Assembly (NCBI GenBank): GCA_965660855.1
Contig: CBFIBM010000014.1
Location: 1-42,514, forward strand
Direction of reading: 5' to 3'
From: an uncultured bacterium
GTDB taxonomy: Bacteria > Fidelibacterota > Marinisomatia > Marinisomatales > UBA1611
DNA: 42,514 nucleotides
Shown: positions 1-6,893 of the stretch, one piece after another
How positions within the stretch are numbered: position 1 is the first letter of the stretch
How the letters are laid out: every line of letters starts with the position of its first letter
Notes under the pieces: generated by a model
Told to the model about the DNA's origin: nothing
Database searches by the model: none
The model's input: only the letters and a program-made list of their open reading frames with translations
Program-made: the position numbers and the translations under genes

Positions 1-46
1 TTTAATAAATGATAAAGGTTATTCAGTTAATTGTTATCAGAATATC

Positions 47-118
47 GCCCTCGTAGTTCAATGGATAGAATAGGTCCCTCCTAAGGATTAGATGTAGGTT
101 CGACTCCTGCCGAGGGCA
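47..118 (+). tRNA. tRNA-Arg (anticodon CCT)
   Basis: Acceptor stem GCCCTCG/CGAGGGC, D-arm TAGTTCAATGGATAGAA, anticodon arm GGTCC-CTCCTAA-GGATT (CCT at 80-82), T-loop GTTCGACTC; CCA not encoded. Confidence 0.95.
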
Positions 119-149
119 CGATAAAAATAAAACGCTCATAACGATCTAG

Positions 150-176
150 AAAAGAGCTAAAATATGCTCTTTTTTT
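150..176 (+). terminator. Intrinsic terminator after tRNA-Arg
   Basis: AAAAGAGC-taaaatat-GCTCTTTT followed by a T-run. Confidence 0.65.
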
Positions 177-232
177 ATTTAGTATATGTGGCAATCAAGG
201 TGTTTTGAAGGGGGGGGTGGTTTATACGTTTG

Positions 233-277
233 ACACACTTTTGACACACAAAAATCGTGACACACATGGTTCATCTA
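233..277 (+). repeat. Bipartite direct repeat, copy 1
   Basis: ACACACTTTTGACACACAA-N12-ACATGGTTCATCTA; TGACACAC at 231, 242 and 258; followed by TTGTGTGTTTTT at 283. Confidence 0.85.
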
Positions 278-382
278 ATACCTTGTGTGTTTTTCTCTAC
301 TTAAAAAGTATAATGTTTTATATCTTATTTATAACTTTCATATTATATGGTAGTTATCATCTTGTTGATAATTTGTAATATA

Positions 383-997
383 TTAATTGTTTTTTCTTGC
401 AAAACACCATACAACAGCTGGAAAATTTTCTTCATTTCTCAATGAATGCAATAATGGATTATATTTTACCCATTTTTTAAAATTTGCTTTAACAGCGCTT
501 TTATTTCCCCACTGACCAACTTTAATGTTTCTTTTTTTAAAACCGACTTCTTCAAGTAATAAGCTTAAACCTAGCGCTGCCCATCTAGTACAATCTAATG
601 GAGCGGGATGAATTTTAATTAAAAAAGGAGTCACTACAATTAAACGACCACCTGCATTTAACAAATTAAAGAGATTTACTAAAGAACTGTATGGATTAGA
701 GACATGTTCTAAAACATGTTCTAAAATTATTAAATCATATTTTTCTGAATGTTCTCGATCTTTTTCAATGTCAAATTCTTGATATGATAGGCTAGTATAT
801 TTTTTTGAAAGAAATTTTGTCCTCCAATTTTCTCCCGAAATTTCTAGTATTGTTGATATTTCATGATTTATCTCATCTAGATATTTGATGATTTTTTCAT
901 CAGGAACAACTCTGACCAAATGCTTTCTCATTCTCGAAAAAGTTTTTTCAGAAATAAAATTATTTTTCACCAAAATATTTTTTAAAAATTTTCTCAC
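383..997 (-). CDS. Class I SAM-dependent methyltransferase-like protein
   Basis: YDLIILEHVLEHVSNP...LLNAGGRLIVVTPF...HPAPLDCTRW is typical of Methyltransf_11/23 proteins; motif I is atypical (ILEISGE). Confidence 0.8.
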   Translation of the reverse strand: MRKFLKNILVKNNFISEKTFSRMRKHLVRVVPDEKIIKYLDEINHEISTILEISGENWRTKFLSKKYTSLSYQEFDIEKDREHSEKYDLIILEHVLEHVSNPYSSLVNLFNLLNAGGRLIVVTPFLIKIHPAPLDCTRWAALGLSLLLEEVGFKKRNIKVGQWGNKSAVKANFKKWVKYNPLLHSLRNEENFPAVVWCFARKNN

Positions 998-1320
998 TTA
1001 ACTTTTTTTATCGATTTAATGTAATCTTTCACAGAATTATATATTATAATTTTATAATTAAATAACTTAACCAATTTTATTAAGATTTTATATCTAAAAT
1101 AATAGTAGATCTAAAAATATATCTGTATTTACCAGATCTATGCGATATTGAAGGTTTAGGTAAATATTTGCCTTAAATATTATAATGCTGGTTGGAAAGG
1201 GTCGATTGATAAGTGGATGGTCTTATAGGATATCTATTCATAAAAAGTTACATCTAGTACCTGATTTTGAAACACAAAGGTTCATCTAGTCCCCAAGGGA
1301 ATTATGAGCAAATATTTTAA

Positions 1321-1365
1321 ACACACTTTTGACACACAAGATTTTTAAAATACATAGTTCATCTA
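1321..1365 (+). repeat. Bipartite direct repeat, copy 2
   Basis: ACACACTTTTGACACACAA (19/19 identical to copy 1)-N12-ACATAGTTCATCTA (13/14); TTGTGTGTTTTT follows at 1381; partial copies of the right half at ~1247-1262 and ~1268-1288. Confidence 0.85.
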
Positions 1366-1422
1366 CTCATACTCTTATTTTTGTGTGTTTTTTTTATTAA
1401 GTATTTTTTAATTTCAAAAAAG

Positions 1423-1923
1423 ATGCAAAAGATATCACCAAAGCCTAAGTATTTGTGGGAAGTAAATAAGGCTCTTATTAACCTACTTCAAAGAGAATCT
1501 AAATTATTTCATAGTCCTATTCATGGATTTAAGCATTGGAGGACTGTTGAGAAAAATGGGCTTTATTTAGCTAAGTTTAATAATGGCGATCCTCAAGTTA
1601 TATCTCATTTTGCATATTTTCATGATTGTATGCGTATTAATGAATATAGAGATGATGGACATGGAATGAGAGGTGGAGATTACGCTATGGAACATAAACA
1701 TCTTCTCAATTTAAATGATGCTCAATTAGAAATTTTACATGAAGCATGCGCAGAGCATACAGGTGGAAGAACACCTTCAAATAGAACAATTGCATGTTGC
1801 TGGGATGCTGATAGATTAGACATTAGGAGAGTAGGCTTAAAAGCTGATATACAGTGGTTTAATACCGATGAAGCAAAGTCTATTGTCTCTAGTAATAATT
1901 TTAACCATATAGATAATTTATAA
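1423..1923 (+). CDS. HD-domain metal-dependent phosphohydrolase
   Basis: IHGFKHW...FAYFHD..R..E..D..HG...CWDADRLD motifs; ATG at 1423 preferred over the TTG at 1381, which lies in the repeat-associated TTGTGTGT motif. Confidence 0.8.
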   Translation: MQKISPKPKYLWEVNKALINLLQRESKLFHSPIHGFKHWRTVEKNGLYLAKFNNGDPQVISHFAYFHDCMRINEYRDDGHGMRGGDYAMEHKHLLNLNDAQLEILHEACAEHTGGRTPSNRTIACCWDADRLDIRRVGLKADIQWFNTDEAKSIVSSNNFNHIDNL

Positions 1924-2212
1924 TTCTTAAAAAAAAATAACTTAAGTTAATAAATAGTTATTTTAAAAAATTTTATTGGCTATAAATCACGTAATTATAA
2001 CAAATTTACAGTGTTATTAGTATATTTTTTAATCAAAACGTTTAAACCGCTCATTTCCATTCATTCATTTTTCTGTATCAGGACATATAATTTTAAATTT
2101 GCAAAACAAAAGATCCTCTTTATGGAATAATTTATTGGTTAGTCCTGCCAGTATGTAGTGCTCCTTGGTTATGTACTACACTATTCATGGATATTAATTA
2201 AATTTGATATCC

Positions 2213-3364
2213 ATGAATAAATATTCTTTCTGTATATTAATTTTTTTTCTATTTATCTCTTTTTCAATGAGTCAAACCAGATTTTTAGATCCAATCTTTG
2301 ATGAAGTTGTGAAAACGGAAGACGTTATTTATGGGAATGCACCAGATCTTCCTTTTATTTTTTTATTTGAATGGAACACGGTTAATATAGATTTAACAAT
2401 GGATATTTATGAACCTTTAGGAGACGATTTAGATCAAAGGCCAGTTATTATATTTATACACCCAGGTGCATTTTTTACTGGCAATAACGAAGTAGATGAC
2501 ATGGTTGAGTTATCGAACCAATCGTCTAAAAGAGGATTTTTAGCTGTAAGTCTATCTTATAGATTAGGGTTAAATGTACTAAGTGAGTATAGTGGTGAAA
2601 GAGCTGTCTTCAGAGGGGTACAAGATCTAAGTGCTGCTATTAGATACCTAAGGGAATATCATGATGAATATAATATAAACCCGGATAGGATTTTTGTTTG
2701 GGGGTCAAGCGCTGGATCTTTTGTTGCACTCCATTTAAATTTTATGCAAGAAAGTGAAAGACCTGAATCTACTTATGGTGGTTTTGGAGATCCGGATCTA
2801 GGCTGTATAGATTGTGAGGGAAATAGTTTTGAACAAGAGTCTAATGTTAACGCTGTAATTAGTTGTTGGGGAGCAATTGGTGATCTTAATTGGATAAACG
2901 AATCCGATAATACTCCCATTATTATGTTTCATGGCACTGAGGATGGAGTTGTTCCTTTTGACGGAGGCTACCCATTCACATTAAATCTTTTTTTACCCTA
3001 TGTCTACGGTTCTAACCCTCTATCCAATCGCCTAAATGAATTAGGGATTGAAAATACATTGATTTTTGAAAATAACGAAGGTCATGAATATTGGGGAACA
3101 TCTAATGGAACATGGGTTGATGGACCAAATAATTTTTTTGATTCAATAAAAGAGGATTCTTATTCATTTTTATTTAGCGTTATATATCCATATTCTATTG
3201 GTGATATAAATAATGATGGCCAAATAACTAATTTAGATTATTTAGCTTTGATTCCTATTATTTTCAATCAAATCCCATCTGAAGACACATATTATTATTC
3301 AGACTTAAACTATGATGGTACAATTAATATTTTTGATTTAATTATTTTATTAGATCAATTTTAA
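2213..3364 (+). CDS. Secreted alpha/beta-hydrolase (carboxylesterase) with C-terminal dockerin-like domain
   Basis: Signal peptide, HPGAF oxyanion region, GSSAG nucleophile elbow, HGTED..VP, GH; C-terminal GDINNDGQITNLD / SDLNYDGTINIFD repeats. Confidence 0.85.
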   Translation: MNKYSFCILIFFLFISFSMSQTRFLDPIFDEVVKTEDVIYGNAPDLPFIFLFEWNTVNIDLTMDIYEPLGDDLDQRPVIIFIHPGAFFTGNNEVDDMVELSNQSSKRGFLAVSLSYRLGLNVLSEYSGERAVFRGVQDLSAAIRYLREYHDEYNINPDRIFVWGSSAGSFVALHLNFMQESERPESTYGGFGDPDLGCIDCEGNSFEQESNVNAVISCWGAIGDLNWINESDNTPIIMFHGTEDGVVPFDGGYPFTLNLFLPYVYGSNPLSNRLNELGIENTLIFENNEGHEYWGTSNGTWVDGPNNFFDSIKEDSYSFLFSVIYPYSIGDINNDGQITNLDYLALIPIIFNQIPSEDTYYYSDLNYDGTINIFDLIILLDQF

Positions 3365-3386
3365 AAATGAATCAAGAACTGAAAAC

Positions 3387-4052
3387 CTAATTTTTTTCTA
3401 TCTGCGATTCTCTTTTTGCTTGCGGCTTAACTTTTTTAATCAGGTCTTCAGATAGCGCGTGTTGTAATTTCATCCAAAATCCAGGATTATCTTTTTGAAG
3501 GTTTTTTAATCTTTCACTTCTCCATGAAATAAAAATAACCTCACCATCAGCAAGAACATCTGCAGATGCAGGTTCACCAGTTAAAAAACTTATTTCTGCA
3601 ATGAAAGATCCTCTCCCTAAGGTTGCTATCGCTTTACCGTTTACCTCAACATTCGAATTTCCAGATAAAACAAGTAATAGATTATCTTGCTTTTCTCCAG
3701 AATGTATAAAATAATCATCTGTAACCGATTTTATATTTCCCATATTCCAAAAATAAAGAAACTCGCTTGTAGTTAAACTTCTAAAAATATCTTCATAAAG
3801 ATCTCTAATTTCATCCGGTATGAGCTTCGGACGCCTATCCAAAATAATTTTTATAATATTGTATGAGTTTATTAAGACAAAAACTGCTGTCCAAAAAGCG
3901 GCATAACTGTTATTTGCATAAAAGTAATGGTAAGAAAAAAGAGTTATTTGAGCTAAAGTAAGTGTAGAACGTAACCATAAAACCTCTCTTATAGCCAAAG
4001 CGATAAAGGTGAGTAAATATCCTAGATTTAAGACAATGATAGATTCAGACAT
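3387..4052 (-). CDS. Popeye-like membrane protein with cNMP-binding-type domain
   Basis: Three N-terminal TM segments, ILDRRP..IPDEIRDLYEDIFRSLTTSEF linker, then LLLVLSG..V..G..IATLGRGSFIAEISFLTGEPASADV cNMP fold; no HTH. Confidence 0.75.
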   Translation of the reverse strand: MSESIIVLNLGYLLTFIALAIREVLWLRSTLTLAQITLFSYHYFYANNSYAAFWTAVFVLINSYNIIKIILDRRPKLIPDEIRDLYEDIFRSLTTSEFLYFWNMGNIKSVTDDYFIHSGEKQDNLLLVLSGNSNVEVNGKAIATLGRGSFIAEISFLTGEPASADVLADGEVIFISWRSERLKNLQKDNPGFWMKLQHALSEDLIKKVKPQAKRESQIEKN

Positions 4053-4208
4053 TTTTATATAAAATATTAAGAGTGATAAATAATTTGGTTAAAAAATGGT
4101 CGGTAAATTATTATTTTTTAAAATATGGTACAAATAAAGAATCCCTGAATTATTTATGATGTTAATTGATGTGTAAATTAAATACTTAATTTTTTAGAAT
4201 TAAAATAA

Positions 4209-4541
4209 ATGCTTATAAAAAGTCTCATATCTGGAAATTGTCCTAGCTGTAACCAAGACAAGATTCACATAAAATGGTCAAAAATAAAAAAGCAATGTTC
4301 ATTTTGTAACTACCGTTTTCAAGAAAATAATGGAGATAACTGGTTTTTTCTTCTTGTTATAGATAGAGCGCTGTTTATTTTTCCAATCATAGTAGGCTAT
4401 TATTTTAACCTTTCACCTTATTTTTTAATTTCAATATCAGTTATTTTATTAATATTATTTTTGATATTAACACCTTTTAGAGTTAACCTTTCTATTTTTG
4501 CACGTTTTTATCTAGAAAAAAAGATAAACATAAACCAATGA
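4209..4541 (+). CDS. DUF983-like zinc-ribbon membrane protein
   Basis: CPSC...CSFC, then NGD and two TM helices. Confidence 0.65.
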   Translation: MLIKSLISGNCPSCNQDKIHIKWSKIKKQCSFCNYRFQENNGDNWFFLLVIDRALFIFPIIVGYYFNLSPYFLISISVILLILFLILTPFRVNLSIFARFYLEKKININQ

Positions 4542-4554
4542 GTTAACTTGTTGT

Positions 4555-5607
4555 ATGAAAATACTTTTAAATATTTTTTTATGGTGGATAATATTATTTA
4601 ATTTACTTTTTTCTCAAGATTTAGTTGTTTTAAACTACGGAAGTAACAATACCTTAGATATTGCAACATGGAATATAGAATGGTTTCCTAAAAATAATCA
4701 GATAACCATAGATAAAGTATCAGAAATCATTGACCAATTAAACTTAGATATAATCGCTATTCAAGAAGTTGATGGTATCGAAGAATTTGACCAGATGATA
4801 AGCTCTTTACCAAGATTTAGCGGTTATTATGAATCAGCCTGGTTTGCAGGATTAGCATTTATATATAATAATCTTACTATATCTGTTAATAATATATACG
4901 AAATTTATAACACATCTCCTTACTGGAGTCCTTTTCCGAGATCACCGATGGTTTTAGATATAAACTATGGAGGGGAAAATTATATTATAATAAATAATCA
5001 TTTTAAATGTTGTGGAGATGGTATTTTGGATTTTAGTGATAATTCTGATGAAGAAAATAGAAGATACATTGCCATGAATTTATTAAAAGATTATATCGAT
5101 AATAATTTTAGCGAATCCAAAGTCATAGTCCTCGGAGATTTAAATGATGATATTGCAGAGATTTCTGAAAATAATGTATTTCAAAATGTGTTAAATGATT
5201 CATTGAATTTCAAGTTTGCAGACTATCATATCGCATCTGGTGATTTTAATAATTGGTCTTTTCCAAACTGGCCATCTCATCTTGATCACATTTTAATCAC
5301 TAATGAATTATTTGATAAAGTAGTTCCTCACTATACATCAACGTTAAAAATAGATACCTACCTACCTGGTGGCTGGAATGAATATGATCAAGATATATCA
5401 GATCATAGACCTGTAGCCATTAAAATCATACCGCAGATAAATGTTAATTATGATGTTAATAATGATAGTGAAAATAATCTCTCAGATATAAACTCATTAA
5501 TTTTGCTTATCTGTGCAGGTATTTATCAAATTGAATATGATTATAACTATGATTCCAATGTAAACCTTATTGATATTTTAAAATTAAATGATTATTTAAA
5601 TAATTAA
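4555..5607 (+). CDS. Secreted endonuclease/exonuclease/phosphatase family protein with dockerin-like tail
   Basis: ATWNIEWF, DIIAIQEV, LGDLND, LDHIL, SDHRPV motifs; YDVNNDSENNLSD / DYNYDSNVNLID tail. Confidence 0.85.
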   Translation: MKILLNIFLWWIILFNLLFSQDLVVLNYGSNNTLDIATWNIEWFPKNNQITIDKVSEIIDQLNLDIIAIQEVDGIEEFDQMISSLPRFSGYYESAWFAGLAFIYNNLTISVNNIYEIYNTSPYWSPFPRSPMVLDINYGGENYIIINNHFKCCGDGILDFSDNSDEENRRYIAMNLLKDYIDNNFSESKVIVLGDLNDDIAEISENNVFQNVLNDSLNFKFADYHIASGDFNNWSFPNWPSHLDHILITNELFDKVVPHYTSTLKIDTYLPGGWNEYDQDISDHRPVAIKIIPQINVNYDVNNDSENNLSDINSLILLICAGIYQIEYDYNYDSNVNLIDILKLNDYLNN

Positions 5608-5664
5608 ACCATCCTAATAGTTACTGATAAAGGTTTTAGAAATATTCTAAACTATACAATTGTT

Positions 5665-5699
5665 TGTAGTATTTCGATACAGTCGTATCAATCTGATAC
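5665..5699. promoter_or_regulatory. Tandem dyad sites, candidate enhancer-binding-protein UAS
   Basis: TGT-N11-ACA at 5665-5681 and GTATCA-ATC-TGATAC at 5685-5699, about 100 bp upstream of a -24/-12 element. Confidence 0.55.
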
Positions 5700-5790
5700 T
5701 AAAAAAACTAAATAAAAAAAATTTCTAAAACATATATTATTTGACGAGAAATAGTAAATATATACTTTTATGATTTTATTATACAGCCTT

Positions 5791-5806
5791 TGGCATAATT
5801 TTTGTA
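5791..5806 (+). promoter_or_regulatory. Sigma-54-like (-24/-12) promoter of the pilin gene
   Basis: TGGCATAATTTTTGTA: GG-N10-GT versus consensus TGGCAC-N5-TTGCW. Confidence 0.6.
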
Positions 5807-5851
5807 ACTATGGTTTACACTTTGAAAATAATAATAAAAAGGAGTTGTAAA

Positions 5852-6310
5852 ATGAATAAAAATAATAAAGGTTTCACCTTAATTGAACTTATTATAGTTA
5901 CTGTAATATTAGGAATTATGTCTGCTATTGCAGTTCCAAGGTTTATGGGAACAGTGAACAGATCTGAGGCCGCTGCTGAAGATGCTGTTCTTGATGCTCT
6001 ACGATTAAATGTAGAATCTTATGCTATGGAACAATTTGTTGATACTGGACGAAAATCATATCCTTCAAACCCATTTGATGGTGCGGATGTAGATGGATAT
6101 GTTGGGGAAGATCAAGATATTTCATCAGGTGAATGGACATTTATATCATGGAATGGTCACGGTTATATAAAACATGTACGAAATGATGATTCACAATGGA
6201 AGTGGTATTATTCCAGTAGTGATGAATCTAATGAGCAGGCAGATGATAGAGGATATTTCGGGGATCGTTTGCAAGATGGAAGGGTTAATGGCGATACAGA
6301 AGATCTCTAA
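5852..6310 (+). CDS. Type IV pilin / prepilin
   Basis: MNKNNKG|FTLIELIIVTVILGIMSAIAVP class III signal with E5; SD AAGGAG at 5839 supports ATG 5852. Confidence 0.9.
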   Translation: MNKNNKGFTLIELIIVTVILGIMSAIAVPRFMGTVNRSEAAAEDAVLDALRLNVESYAMEQFVDTGRKSYPSNPFDGADVDGYVGEDQDISSGEWTFISWNGHGYIKHVRNDDSQWKWYYSSSDESNEQADDRGYFGDRLQDGRVNGDTEDL

Positions 6311-6337
6311 AAATATTTAAGAAAAATATTTTACAAA

Positions 6338-6362
6338 GGCTCCAAAGTTAAAATTTGGAGCC
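6338..6362 (+). terminator. Stem-loop after pilin
   Basis: GGCTCCAAA-gttaaaa-TTTGGAGCC. Confidence 0.6.
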
Positions 6363-6451
6363 AGCTCCTATTTTTTACTAAAGAATAGAAGAATCAAAAA
6401 ATATTCATCTCAATAAATGGATACTTTTTATTTGATTTAGTAATTTTTAAC

Positions 6452-6886
6452 ATGTTAAAGCTTCATCATTTATTTAAAAATTATTCAAATGTAGATATAG
6501 GTTTATTAATTATCAGAATAGTCTTTGGTTTTTTTATGGTCTACAACCATGGTTATGGAAAAATTCTAGGCGGACCTGAAAGATGGGAGCGATTAGGTAA
6601 TGCTCTTACTAGCATTATAGGATTTGAATCTCTTCAACTATTTTTTGGATTGATGGCATCTTTATCAGAATCAGTATTTTCAATTTTTATAATATTTGGT
6701 CTTTTAACCCGAATTTCTGCTTCTTTTTTAGGATTTACAATGACTATAGCAACTTTAAAACATCTCATGAAATATGAATTGCCTGAGATGGCAATAATTT
6801 ATTTAACCTTTTCTTTTTTAATTTTTATTTCAGGACCAGGTAAGTATAGTATTGATAATCTAATTTTAAAGAAATTTAAAGAATGA
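6452..6886 (+). CDS. DoxX family membrane protein
   Basis: DIGLLIIRI..G..HG..K, E..GLLTR..A, GPGKYSID. Confidence 0.9.
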   Translation: MLKLHHLFKNYSNVDIGLLIIRIVFGFFMVYNHGYGKILGGPERWERLGNALTSIIGFESLQLFFGLMASLSESVFSIFIIFGLLTRISASFLGFTMTIATLKHLMKYELPEMAIIYLTFSFLIFISGPGKYSIDNLILKKFKE

Positions 6887-6893
6887 TTAAAAA

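Noticed and set aside
1128..1228. Possible gene remnant (LPDLCDIEGLGKYLP / YYNAGWKGSIDKWMVL)
   Set aside because: Short, interrupted and not recognisable; cannot be called a pseudogene without a search
231..1392. Repeats as a CRISPR array or integron attC sites
   Set aside because: Only two full copies 1.09 kb apart, no regular spacers or cas genes, and no attC-type RYYYAAC...GTTRRRY hairpin
1381..1422. TTG start of the HD protein
   Set aside because: Falls in the repeat-associated TTGTGTGT motif; ATG 1423 is more plausible
2040..2201. Coding-like fragments between the HD and esterase genes
   Set aside because: No start-to-stop frame of useful length and no recognisable family
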